From Felis catus (lineage: Eukaryota), in contig NC_058368.1 of assembly GCF_018350175.1 (NCBI RefSeq), positions 159,094,001-159,158,000 on the forward strand: 64,000 bases of DNA. Reading direction: 5' to 3'. The position numbers were made by a program, and so were the translations under genes. Each line of letters opens with the position of its first letter. The stretch's first letter is position 1. Positions 50,250 through 62,614 of the stretch are shown in pieces. The notes under the pieces were generated by a model. It did no database searches and had not been told where the DNA came from. It saw only the letters and a list, made by a program, of their open reading frames with translations.

Positions 50250-50445
50250 AGTTTCAAACTTTAGTGTGATCATAATTATCTGTGGAGCCTTTATTGTTTT
50301 TTACATTTTTTAAAAATATAATTTATTGTCAAATTGGTTTCCAAAAGTGTGGAGCCTTTAAAAATAGTCTGCTTAGACCCAACTTCCAAAGATCATGATT
50401 CAGTAATTCTTACTCCTTTTAAAAGGCTGATACAAACCACACTGC
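50250..50445. mobile_element. MER5A-like hAT MITE, degraded
   Basis: tttcaaactttagtgtgatcataattatctg...aaagatcatgattcagta...accacact. Confidence 0.5.
50294..50347 (-). mobile_element. Felid L1 (L1_Fc-like) extreme 3' terminus, 54-bp insertion
   Basis: T tail followed by aatttattgtcaaattggtttcc. Perfect 13-bp TSD tgtggagccttta at 50281-50293 and 50348-50360. Confidence 0.85.
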
Positions 50446-52841
50446 AATTAGATGTTGGAGAATAGAGTAAAATATTTTAGTACCAAGAATAAAGACACAA
50501 AATATTCCAGGAAGTGATACACAGTGAGATCTGTCCTTGATACGAGGCTAAGATACACATTTATCCAAAGAAGACCCTTCTGTGGCCCAGCTGTTGCTCC
50601 CTGCCCTGAACCCAGGAGGATGTGTGGGGTAACTGGCTGCAGAATTGGGGAAGCAGCCAATTAATTATTGTGGTCTTTGTTTCCTTTCTGCTCTCCTTTT
50701 TTCTCTTTTCTTTTCTTTTTTCTTTTCTTTCCTTTTCTGGTTTTTTTTTTTTTTTTTTGTATTAGAATATTCTTCTCTCCATTCCCCTCTCACTTTTGCC
50801 ATATATATTTCTCATGTAGAAAAAGGCTGGTAGTCCTTTACATTCATGCTGAAACTCATTCATTCTACTTTATTAAATATCCTCATTAGCATTTCGAGGT
50901 ATTTAACTCTATTAACAAAAAAGATTCAAACTTTTATTAAAGCGAAGCCCACGGAACAGCAGCTTGCCAAATGAATGTATGTTTTATTTGGTAACAATAT
51001 TTGAAGAAATAATGTGACTTTAAAATGAAGATATTTTACACAAAATATATGAATCTTCTTGGTAACATGTCTGTAATATAAAATACTTTCAGGGTAATTA
51101 ATGCACAACTGTGGCTCTGCATGTTAGTTTAATTTTAATTCTCATTGCAGTCAGCCAAAGCTAGTAATTTGCAGTCAGGGCCACACATCTGAGACAGCTG
51201 TTCTAAGCCTCCTTTGGCTTTTTTTCAAAAATGAATCTATCGGTAAAATTTTGGTCTTTTTACTTAGTTTGAATGGATGTTGGAATTAAGTTTCAGAAGT
51301 GAAATTAAAGGTATTTGGCACAATATACACATTGGCTGCACACATACATTTTTGAATTCTGCAAAGTTGACTGTGATTCATACCCAAATCTCTATCCTGC
51401 ATCCCTTGGGGGGTGGCGCCCCAGGTTTCTTAATCTGCCCTTGGTATAGCCATTTGTTTAGGAGTTTTCAAAATTGTAGCATTGCCAACAAAAGGGCACC
51501 TAATACTGCCTCAGGAATCTTGCAGTTTCTGCTTTGAGCAAACCTTTCACAAGACTGTGACTGGAGCACTTAACAGGCTAGAGTGAGACCTCTATAAAAA
51601 ACATGTCATATTAACTTTTTCTTTTTTTGCTTGCTTGCAAATCAGCTTTTCTGTAAAACAAAAATTCTCTCTGTGGCAGGTTGTGGTCAGAAAGTTACTT
51701 TCCTTGTGTGTGAGAAGCTAACCGTCATCATTCTGACTTCTTTGGCAGCCACTGCTGTCTAGAAAAACCTGAGCGTTGTGTGTGTGCAAACTGGACTAGG
51801 TCTGTTTCCAGCACTCCTGTGGTAAAATAAGGTTTGGTGACACTGGACCCCCATTATTTGAAAAGAAACAATCAGAAAGACCTGAGAAGCAGCTGCATCC
51901 TTTACTGATTCATATAATCTCTACTTCCCACAATAAGCACCACTTGCTCTTGCCTTAATCCCAGCCTGGTGCTTCAATTTACATTTCCTTCCTGGCCCCA
52001 TGGGTTTTGGGACCTATGATCCCAGCAAAGAAGGAATTTCAGAGCTTGTCAAACAGGTGTGGAAGCAGCCTTAGGCTTAGGCCACATCAGTTAGTGTCCA
52101 AAATTATTTATCTGAAAAGCTCCGAAGATAAATTTGTTCATTTGGGTTCTTAGAGAAAATGTGTTAGATGGGCATTTAGGAACATTGAATTGTCCCCATT
52201 CTCTTCCTTTTTCTTTCTCATCCTATTGTTTTAATCTTTCCCATCCTCTGCCTATAATATCTCAAAGCTGGGAATCCAGAGGGTTTGCCACTTCTCTCCC
52301 CAGAGTGCTAATGGTAGCTCATGAAGGCCACCCATAGCCCAGTGACCCATGACTTTAAACAGGCTGGCAACTAGGGTACCAGAACTCAGAATGTAGATTC
52401 TTGCAAAACCCTGCAATGAGTCTGGGTGAGGGTGCATCAAAAGGAAAACTAAACAAAAACAAAACAAAACAAAACCTATAGCTGATGAGAAATAAGATCA
52501 GGAGTCTGTGACCTAATGAGTGTGTGTAGCAGGACAGGGGAGGGAAAGAGTTATGGTGACGATTAAAGAGTATGAAAATACATGGTTTTAGGTTAAATTT
52601 AAAGTTTAAATATGAAATGATCAAAATGAGAAGAGAAAATCAGGCATTACTTTATTTTACAAAGTAAGTATTCAACTCTGCCTTTTGAGTGACCTGCTTC
52701 CTATGCACTGTTAAACCCCCTTAGGGCCATGATTATGTATACCATTAAATACAAGCACAAGTATATTGTTATATTTTTTGATTGACACAAAACCTTTTTC
52801 CTTTATGCAACAAACTCAAAGTTTGTTGTTTGTGTAATAAA

Positions 52842-53050
52842 TTTTTTTAATGTTTATTCAGTTTCTTTTTGAAAGAGAGAGTGAGTGAATGGGGAAGGGG
52901 CAGAGAGAGAGGGAGATACACAATCCAAAGCAGGCTCCAGGCTCTGAGCTGCCAGCATAGAGCCCATTTCAGGGCTCGAACCCACAGGCATCAAGATCAC
53001 AACCAGAGCCGAAGTTGGATGCTTAACAGGCTGAGCCACCCAGGCACCAC
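52842..53050 (-). mobile_element. Can-SINE
   Basis: aatccaaagcaggctccaggctctgagctg...ctgagccacccaggcacc. Confidence 0.93.
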
Positions 53051-53104
53051 ATGTTGGTTTGTAATATAGTCATACACAGGTCTTCATGAGCAATTTTTTA
53101 CTTA

Positions 53105-53219
53105 AAATACATGTAAGATCTGTGGCAGTAGGGATTTTGTATGGTTTGTTCTCAGTATCTCCAGTGCCTCTTCTAGTGCTTGTCTTGTAATATGATAGGC
53201 TTTTTTAAACAGATGAATG

Positions 53220-53220
<1 letters not shown>
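53105..53220 (+). mobile_element. L2 3' terminus
   Basis: tgtaagatc...agggattttgt...tttgttctcagtatctccagtgcct...gatgaatga. Confidence 0.65.

Positions 53221-53223
<3 letters not shown>

Positions 53224-53275
<52 letters not shown>
53224..53275. repeat. (TG)26 perfect microsatellite
   Basis: Directly visible. Confidence 0.98.
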
Positions 53276-53280
<5 letters not shown>

Positions 53281-56200
53281 GAGAAATGCTTGAGCATTTC
53301 GGTAGAGAAATAATCTAATCTCTATAATTACATTTTTGTTGCATTATTCAGAAAAAATATAGACTAAAACGCATTTCAGTTTCTATCTACATGTTTGTTT
53401 CTATACAGACTGAAATCATTAAGATTTACCCAATGGTAATAGAAAATATGAATTCCTTTATTCACCAATATAAGTTTTAGATCTTAAAAGTATCCACTCC
53501 TTACAGAGTAGTTTTCACTCAGGTGCTGCCTGGTGGTAAACAGGTGTTCTGAGTTAGATATCATAAGGTAAAGCTCTTCATGTCCCCAAACAAAATAAAA
53601 CTACAATGCATTACCTGATCTTGAAATCATTTTCATCTTTTTGTCAGATATTTTAATGGGAGATAATAATTATTTAGTGAGTTCTTGAGCTCTTTCAGTG
53701 AAAGATGTTAATTAGTACAAAATGTCATGAGTAGCACTCTTGAAAATTAGTGTTGTACTTAATTCAAATTCTCATACTTCATTAACATATATGACAAAAA
53801 TATAGCCCTGAGGAATATAAAGGTATAATATGGGGTGTATTTCATATTGTTCATTCTTGTGTTGAGATCTCAAAACATTGGCAGGGAAAAAACACATTAA
53901 TTTTGACTACCAGTGTGCTGCTAGCTAAGCATATGGAGAAGTGTAAAATAAAAAGCAGTAAGAGAAAGGAAAAATGCAGAGAACTGGATATAAGGCTCCT
54001 AAAAGAGCATTTTGTTCCTTTTTTGTCTTTTTATGCCATGTACATCTCTGCCCTAATATAGCAGTGTCCTTGTTACATTTCTAACCTGGGTCAGGGGAAA
54101 TGCGGTTCATTCTGTCCCAGACAGTGAGGCTCAGGGAGACTTCCCCTTCCCACAGCCTGCTGCTCTCCTCAATGTCTAGGGCCTCACCCTCCACCTAAAA
54201 GGATTATGACTGTCCTGGGCCATTGAAAGGGCATGTAGTCCAGAATAATTCAAATGAGACTGAAAAAAGTCTTGGGATGTATACAGCAGACACTGTCAGC
54301 AAACTGGAAAGTCCTTATCATAAAGCCCCACGAACAAACCAGAATGGCTCTAGAATCCCTAGCGATAGAAGGTACTCTCAGAGTTACCTGGAGCTGTGGA
54401 TGCTGTTTAGCTTTCCTTGGACTCTGGCAAAGACAACCGATGGTGTAGGACTGGTTGGAAGTGAGGCTCTCTCTCCTGGTTATGTGTCCCTTTCTATTGA
54501 GCTTTTTTTTTTTTTTTTTTTTCCTTAACAACCTGTCATTCATCACTTCCTCTATTTTTCCTCCTTTCTGTGAAAGTAACCTGTGAAATAATATCTTTTC
54601 TAGGAGAGAGATGACATGGACTTTTTCTGTTTTTCCCAACCTGTGTTTATGGCACTAAATTTGTGCCCTGAGATTTTCAAGGGTTGGGATTTTGAAACTC
54701 ACAAAGACCAGTCTCAGTGGTGATGTTCTAAATTAGCTTAAGTTCAGTGTCATATGTATGCAGGGTGTAGTGATAATGGTGATTTTGTTTTATGCAAAAA
54801 AAATTCTGCTTAATTGATTTTGAAAAATATGGTGATAACAGGTCACTTATTATCAATAAATTAACATTGAATTTCAGTAATTATCACTGAAATCTAAAAT
54901 TTTGGTTTATTATAAGCAACATAAAATATAATAGCTATACAAATAATTTTGTAATAGTGTTTTGCACTTCAAATTATGCTTGTTTACTTGGAAAGCAATA
55001 GTATCAATTTTGGGTTTATCATTACTTTTATAAAAATTACTAGTATCCATTTTCTTCCTAATACTGTATATTGGCATATGTACAAAAAACAGGAGGAGGA
55101 TATCTACAGAAAGGAAACTACAAAACTGTTCAATAAATCTTAAGACCAAACACATCTTTGAATTTAAAAACTTAGGTGAATTTAAAAACAGAGAATAGCT
55201 GATAAATGAAGAGAGGAAGGAATATAGACAAATGGGTGGGTAGAAAGGCATATTAAAAGTCAGAGACTGAGTGGTTCTAAGTTAGAAATAAACATAGCTG
55301 CTTAACCACAGATATAGCAAAGGAGACAGAAGACAATGATCCAGTGATGCAGAGAGGATGGGTTTAGCTCAACGCTTGACACATGTTAGAAACTCAGCAC
55401 ATGTTTACTGAATGAGAAGATGAAAGAAATCTAGGCAGAGAAAAATAACTTCATGAAATAATATAGTATGACCTTTATATTGCATCTGAAGACATAAATC
55501 CTGATATGATTTTGCACATACTATTCAGGCACAAATGTCTTTCAGTGTTTGAAATACAGTCTGATTCACATAAAAGACTGCTTGTTTAGCCATAGTTAAA
55601 TGTTGGCAATCTTTGCAGTTGTAGAAAAACATGTGTAATTCATAGAGAAGATAATTTAAAACTTGGTCAAAAGTACATCATGAAGAGGTGTCTGTAGTTA
55701 CACATACTCAAGTAAATCATCATGCTAATGGATTTTTTTCCTATTAATCGTGATTTTCATGAGAAAATATTAAATTATTACTGGTTTTATTTGAGACATA
55801 ATATTATTTGATAATGCATTTTAGAAAACTAAAAAGTCAACCTTGTTCAAAAAGTTCTAAGAGTGAATGTCCAAAAGTTGAGAAATGCTTATATAAATAA
55901 TGTTACATCACCTTAATTGAATTTTAAAGGTCATATAATAATAATAAACATTTTTTATAAAGAATGATGTTACAGTTGTGTATGAGAATGAATGCAAATA
56001 TACAGGAGTTGGAAAAAAAACTAGAAACAAAATTGTTTAACTTATCAAAATGGTAGGATTTGAGATTTCCTGTTGTATTTCTGACACATTTCTTCCATTA
56101 AAAGTGAAGAGTTGTCAAAGGCCATTTACAAAACTTACTGTCTGCTCATGAATTTCCTAAAGTCAATACTTGGTACATATCCCTTTGAAAAATTCTGAAG

Positions 56201-58082
56201 TAATTACATGAAATTAAACCTTGAAACTATGGAATTCACACATTTTCATTAGATTAATGAATGACTCTCCTCTTGTTTAGTGCTGGTAAGATCTACCATT
56301 TATCTTTAGGTGCATTTTCCTCTACTTTCTCTAGTGAATTTGTGAAGGACACAAAGTCAGGTATTTTTAAACCTTTTCCTTCTTTGGATCACATTTTGGT
56401 TTAGGTCATCACTCTGAAGGAGAAGATGGATGATAGGTTCTTCAGAGGTGAAAAGAAACATTAGTTTAAGACATTATATCAATATTCTTTATGCAAACTA
56501 TAAGGTTGTGTAATTTTTACTGCAATTCATAGTAGCTAGTTAATCTGACCTTTGACATCAGTGAAGGGCAGTGAGCTGGAGGCATTTGTTTAAAAAAAAA
56601 CAATGTTACTTTTCTTTTCCTTAAATTTCCAATAAAATAATGCTTACAATTATCTAGTCATAGAATTCTCATCACTCAGATGTAAAATAAAACATCTCTA
56701 CACTATCAGCAAAAAGTGCGTGTTGTGAGTGATATTAACAGGTAGAATTGACATTAGGTCCTAATGGAACCTAGCAAATGCATTCAAAATCATTAACTTA
56801 TCCAAAATTATTTTCGACTTGAGCAATTGCCATTAACTCCTCCTGTATTTGCTAGTGTCACTACCTTTCCCCTCTTGGCTTTCTGCCTCCTTTAATAATC
56901 CTGAGATCCATAGATGACTAGATTCAATGCGAACCTGAAAGCATCCACAGAGTACCCTTATGAATTTATCTCACAATGAAAGAAGAAGATGCTCTTGATG
57001 TTGTCCTGCTTAATTTTATATATCTTAATGATTAAGTTTCATTAAACTTGAAATATAGATTTAGAGCTTAAGAATAGGGATATCTGATGGTGAATGTTAA
57101 ACAAGTTAATGTGAGCCTGGTGCAAATATAAAGCAGAAGACATGAAAAACTAAGAGGATCGTGGAAGTTAGCATAAATTGAGGTATGGAACAATTATTAA
57201 AAACCAAAGCAGTTTGGTAATGTCTGATGTTTTAGGCTATTTAAGTAGTATCCAACTCAGCCCACTCAATTTTATTTATGCATTATTAATTCCGTCTACT
57301 TTGTAGACTAAAGATCGGAGGCACTGTTGAATTTGATGGCTGCCTTGGGTATCTATCACATGAACAAATATGGGTATAATAAGAGAGAAGAAGGGTAAGT
57401 CAAGGCATATTAAGTTCCTAAGGAGTGTTGATAATTCTACTTTAATGCCCATATGTTAGAGTCTGGGTTTTTGCTCTAGAATTAAAAATTTAAAACATCA
57501 TAAATGTTGGTAGAATTATCTTAGTTCATATTCATACTCTCTATATCTGATATGCAATTGTTTAACTATGGACACCAAATCCACAGACTTTGTTTTTTGT
57601 TCAGCAATTAGTCTTTATTACATTCTAGGTTTGTTTCTCCCTTATGTTCTTATAGTAGTGGCCATCTTTGACAAAAATGATTTTTTCCATTTTTGTACTC
57701 TCAGGAGATTTTTTTTTTAAGATCTGGAGGAGTTACTTTTAACTATGCAACATTTAGAATTTGATGTACCTCTTTTACTTCTTTAATTACTCAGAATTTT
57801 TTTTGTCTGTATTCTACTCAGCTAAAGATATTTGAAAGGGTGGCAAGAGTTTATTTGGAGGATGGAACTTAGTGAAAGATGAATAGTATTAGGGACTAGG
57901 TATTATTTAATCAGTAGACATAAAACAGAAGATGATTTTCTTTGGAAAGTACAATCTGATCTACAACTGCAAGTCAGCTATTCAATAAGAGTTAGAGGTT
58001 TTCTGTCAACTTGTTTCAGAAATGTATGAACTAAGTACTTACATTTTTAATATAAATTAACAAGGTCTTTAAACTACATCCT

Positions 58083-58289
58083 GGGTGCCTGGGTGTCTCA
58101 GTCAGTTAAGCATCTGACATCTGACTCTTGGTTTCATCTCAGGTCATGATCTCGTAGTTCATGAGATTGAGCCCCGTGTCAGGCTCTGTGCTGACAGCAG
58201 GAAGCCTTTTTGGGATTCTCTCTCGCTCGCTCTCTCTGCCCCTCTACCATCTATCTCTCTTTCAAAATAAATAAACACTTAATGTAAAA
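58083..58289 (+). mobile_element. Can-SINE
   Basis: TSD tacatcct at 58075-58082 and 58290-58297, with a small internal catctga duplication. Confidence 0.93.
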
Positions 58290-58381
58290 TACATCCTAAT
58301 CTCTGAATATTCTCTCTGAAAACTTAATGTTATGAGGTGTATTTATTAAAGTTCATTTTTTGGTCCTAAAAATGTGCATTT

Positions 58382-58560
58382 TATAAGAGATAATGATATA
58401 TATCTCTTATATACATATACATATATATATATATATATACATATATACATATATATATAAAAGTATCTAAAGAGAGAATGCACATTTATAGTGTATGTAT
58501 GCTATATAAAATGTTATATATAATTATATCATATATATGTATATAATATTTATATGTAAA
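58382..58560. repeat. TA-rich low-complexity repeat with inverted arms
   Basis: Directly visible. Confidence 0.85.
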
Positions 58561-58617
58561 CATGTTTATCAACTTTTTTAGAATTTTTTCATAATATGCC
58601 AGGCATAAGTTTTAGTA

Positions 58618-58755
58618 CTTACCTGAAGAAATTAAAAATATCTGTGTCTAAACTAAACCTCTAGAAATCTTACTTAATGATTCTAGACTGGGGCCCAGAA
58701 ATGGTTATTTTTAAGAAACTCTATGGGTAACTACACAGATGGATTCGAGTAATGC
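58618..58755. mobile_element. MER5-like fragment
   Basis: ctagactggggcccagaaat...tttttaagaaactc. Confidence 0.45.
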
Positions 58756-58821
58756 GGATGTACATAATGACATTAGTCCAAACATTTGGGGATCATTTGT
58801 TACTTCTGTTTATTAAGTCAG

Positions 58822-59002
58822 TTATATATATATTGTATATATATATTATATATTATATATATAATATATATATTAATATATATAATTATATATATACGTA
58901 TATATATATGTGTATATATATATATGGACATTAGTATATATAATTATATATATGTATATATATAATTAAAGTTATACATATATAACTTCAGGTATATATA
59001 TC
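58822..59002. repeat. Degenerate (TA)n repeat
   Basis: Directly visible. Confidence 0.9.
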
Positions 59003-59035
59003 TCACCTATTATTTTTGGAGCACTATGGGACTAT

Positions 59036-59502
59036 CAGATTGGTACCTGTGGCTGCTGTACCAGAGTACCACACACTTGGTGGCTAAAACAACAGAATTT
59101 GAGTCTTTCACATTTCTGGAGACCAAATGTCCAAAATCAAGGTTTCATCAGAGTTTTGTTCCCTCTGGAAACTCTAGCAGGGCTTCCTTCTTTGCTTTAT
59201 AAACTTCTGGTAGACCTGACATTCCTTATCTTGAGGTTGTATAACTCCAATCTCCACTTGTGTCTTCACATGGGCTTCTCTCCCGTGTGTCTCAGTACTT
59301 CACATCCTCTTTACCTTTCTCTTGTAAGGATACTAGTCATTGGATTTAGGGTGCCCTAAATTTAGCAGCATTTTATCTTGAAATCCTTAATTATATATGC
59401 AAAGATCTTCTTTCCCTATAAGGTCACATTTATAGATACTGGAATTAGGGCTTGGATATATCTTTCAGTGGGGAGGGGGAGGGTACAGTTCAATCCACTA
59501 TG
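59036..59502 (-). mobile_element. MLT1C-like MaLR solo LTR
   Basis: ggctgctgta...taccacacacttggtggctaaaacaacag...actccaatctc...tcttcacatgg...agtcattggatttaggg...taaggtcacatt...cagttcaatccacta. Confidence 0.85.
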
Positions 59503-59529
59503 ATGTTTATATGTTTATGGCTATTTTCC

Positions 59530-59737
59530 TTTAAAAATTTTTTTAATTGTTTATTTTTGAGAGGACAGAGCAGGAGTGGGGGAGGGGCAGAGAGAGAGGG
59601 AGACATGGAATCCAAAACAGGCTTCAGGCTCTGAGCTGTCAGCACAGGGCCAGACGCAGGGCTCGAACTCACTAACCGTGAGATCATGACTTGAGCCAAA
59701 GTGGGATGCTTAACTACCTCAGCCACACAGGAGCCCC
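59530..59737 (-). mobile_element. Can-SINE
   Basis: ggctctgagctgtcagcacag...gggctcgaactcactaaccgtgagatcatgac. Confidence 0.93.
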
Positions 59738-61079
59738 ATTATTTTTAAAGCAATTGACTTTCATCAATCATTTGAGCAATCCATTGCTTTTTCAGTTACT
59801 AAACAAAATTAGTGAACATTGTTTTTAAATAACTGATTTAAAAGCCATTTGTTTATATCTCATCCAGTGACTATCAAAAAGCCTGGAATAGTTAGGCGTT
59901 TTTATGCTTGCTTTTGCACAGTACAATTCAGAATGTCACATGTGAAATTTGGTATATATGACCAGTACATATTTGCAGGATACTATTACTATTATGCTAA
60001 ACTATCATGTGATCTTTTTTGGAAACTGTAGAAAACTGGGAAGCCCAAACTTTTTTGAAAGAAGTATACAATGATCCTGTAAGATGTAATAAAACTGATT
60101 TATGAAATTATGATTTTGTAAACCAGTAGTAGAGATGCCCATCATCTCCTCCCTTCCTATATCACACATTTTAGAGATGATACCATATCCTCGACATAGA
60201 TAATTGTATCAGGGGTGAATACTAAGAATTTCTGGTTTTAAACCAATTATCTCTGCAAGAAATTTGAAAGTAATATCCAGGCATGAATCACTCACTTGAT
60301 GTTAGATACTGGGACTGAAGGATCATGGTGTGGTCAGGCCAGATTAGAAGACCTGGCAATACAAAGCCACTTGAAAGTGTAGGGATGGGGAAGTAAAACT
60401 GGAACAATTTATTAAAGAAGTTGGACTCACAATGGTGATTGAAATTCACACACAAAAACCTGTGCTGGGAGCAGGCTTGAGATTCCAAGTGATGTGAGAG
60501 TAGCTGCTTGACAGCCCTTAATTTACTTTGAAATGTCAGATGACCTCCTAAAATTGGGGCCCCTGAGATTTCCCTAGATCTGAGATTTCCCAAATCTGAG
60601 TCACGTTCGTCTTTGTGCAGCAAACTATTCCTAAGGTAATGTTTGACACCCAAATTACAAAACCTTAGAAATTCAAAATAAATGAGAAAAAAAGATGCAC
60701 TTAAAACTGGAAAAAAGATAAGTAAAAATGAGTTTAATACCTTGACATGACTGTGATTACTTGGAGTGAATGGGGGAATGTCATCACCAAAGTGTGGTCC
60801 TGCTTGGCTGCATTAAGAGATAAAAGTTTTATATGAAGTATACAATTTAAACAAATGGAGGCTCACATTTAGTATAAAGAGAGTGAAAACAGCTTGTCCA
60901 CTGGGAAGCTGAGGTCTTTATCTGCACCTTTTTACACTATATGGTTTTTTGAAAACCTTATTCACAATTAGAACAAAATGTAAATTTCTATTGTGTCTAT
61001 GTCAAATAATCACTGCTTCTTTTCACAATAATAGTAATAGTAATATAGTAAACATCTAATAGTAAGGATCATTTATTTT

Positions 61080-61295
61080 ATTTTTTTTTCAACGTTTATT
61101 TATTTTTTGGGGGACAGAGAGAGACAGAGCATGAACGGGGGAGGGGCAGAGAGAGAGGGAGACACAGAATCGGAAACAGGCTCCAGGCTCTGAGCCGTCA
61201 GCTCAGAGCCTGACGCGGGGCTCGAACTCATGGACCACGAGATCGTGACCTGAGCTGAAGTCGGACGCTTAACCGACTGCGCCACCCAGGCGCCC
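61080..61295 (-). mobile_element. Young SINEC_Fc (variant subfamily)
   Basis: 14-bp TSD ggatcatttatttt at 61066-61079 and 61298-61311. Confidence 0.97.
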
Positions 61296-61447
61296 GTGGA
61301 TCATTTATTTTTGAGAGCTTACTAAGTGCTAGGTCCTCAAAATGCACTATGTTATTACTATTCTAAAGAATTCTCTGAAAAGTACTATTTCTGTCTACAT
61401 TTACCAAACGAAGATACTGACATTAAGAGATTTAAAATAATAAGCCA

Positions 61448-61656
61448 TGGGTGCCTGGGTGGCTCTGTCAGTTAAGTGTCTGACTTTTGCTCAAGTCATG
61501 ATCTCCTAGTTCGTGAGTTTGAGACCCACATCTAGCTCTGTGGGTTCTGCAGTGACAGCGCAGAGCCTGCTTGGGATTCTCTCCCTCCCTCTCTCTTTGA
61601 ACCCCCATCTTGCACTCTCTCTCTGTCTCAAAATAAATAAACTTAAAAAAATATAC
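61448..61656 (+). mobile_element. Can-SINE (older)
   Basis: TSD taagcca at 61441-61447 and 61657-61663. Confidence 0.92.
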
Positions 61657-62084
61657 TAAGCCACTGATGAAAAGCTAAAGCACCATAGAGCTCGAATATA
61701 GACCTAGGACTATGTGATTGCAAATCCCATCCTATACTGCCTCATCAATATCACTGAGCTTTCATAACAACTTACATCAATATCTTTATATAGTTTTATC
61801 GAAATTAAATAGGCATAAAATTGAAGAAAGCATTCAAATAGCTTCAGGAGACAACTATTCATAGTAAATCTGGGAAACAGTGGGAAGAGATTTTAGACTC
61901 TTTTATGGACTAATCAAATGAATAAATGGTATAAATTAGGCTAACATTTTGGCTTTTAGTAACAATGTATAGTATTTCTTCAGAAATTAAATAGTCACTA
62001 TTAGTTTAAATTGCATGCTATCAGAGAATCTAAAAGCTTTTCTTACAAAGATGTGGGAACTTGTAGAAGGGAAGAGAAGTGGAA

Positions 62085-62235
62085 CTCAGTGAGTTCTCAT
62101 CCCAAATTTACTACATCTGACCTTGAGCACACCTAATAATCTTTCTGGGCTTGAGTTCTTTGGTGTAGAATGAAGATAATTTATTGTATTTATCTTGTCT
62201 ATGTTTTGTGAAGATTAGTGAGTTAATCATAATCC
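62085..62235 (+). mobile_element. MIR fragment
   Basis: tgagttctcatccca...tgaccttgagca...aatctttctgggcttgagtt...tgtagaatgaagataat...ttgtgaagattagtgag. Confidence 0.6.
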
Positions 62236-62479
62236 AAATACATTCTGGAATTCTGTAATGACAAAAACATGATAAATGTTGAGTACATTGTTGAGACTAA
62301 AAAGGAAGGTTATGTTTCTCATACTCATGATCTAATGGGTTGCCATAGGGGTTAGGATTAAGTCCTTTCCTTTTTAGTATTACTGACAGGAGTACATTTC
62401 TTATAATGACAAGAACTTCCAAGAATGTGTATGAAGTAGCTGGAAGGGAGTATGCCACTCAAGGTAACAACCATCTCCA

Positions 62480-62610
62480 CGGTCAAAGTGCCCACATTCT
62501 AATCCTGGCTCTGCCACTACCTAGCAATCTATCGCCAGGCAATTTCCTTAATTTTTTTCTGAGCTTTGGATACCATACCTATAATTTGACAACAATAATA
62601 TCTATGTCAG
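62480..62610 (+). mobile_element. MIR fragment
   Basis: ttctaatcctggctctgccactacctagc...ggcaatttccttaatttttttctgagc. Confidence 0.7.
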
Positions 62611-62614
62611 GTGG

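Larger units (their letters stand above)
61040..61745 (-). mobile_element. MIR split by two Can-SINEs
   Basis: ttgagagcttactaagtgctagg...catttaccaaacgaagatactgacattaagagatttaa | tagagctcgaatatagacctaggactatgtgattgcaaa...tactgcctc. Confidence 0.6.

Noticed and set aside
51403..51422. CTCF-like word cccttggggggtggcgcccc
   Set aside because: Only the 3' half (GGTGGCGC) fits, and the CCASYAG half does not match.
54090..54315. NF-kB-like words (gggagacttcccc, ggaaagtcct)
   Set aside because: These are imperfect matches with no other support.
54503..54522. Poly(T)20 (and poly(T)25 at 26596-26620) as a processed-pseudogene tail
   Set aside because: There is no adjacent polyA signal, TSD or recognisable transcript body.
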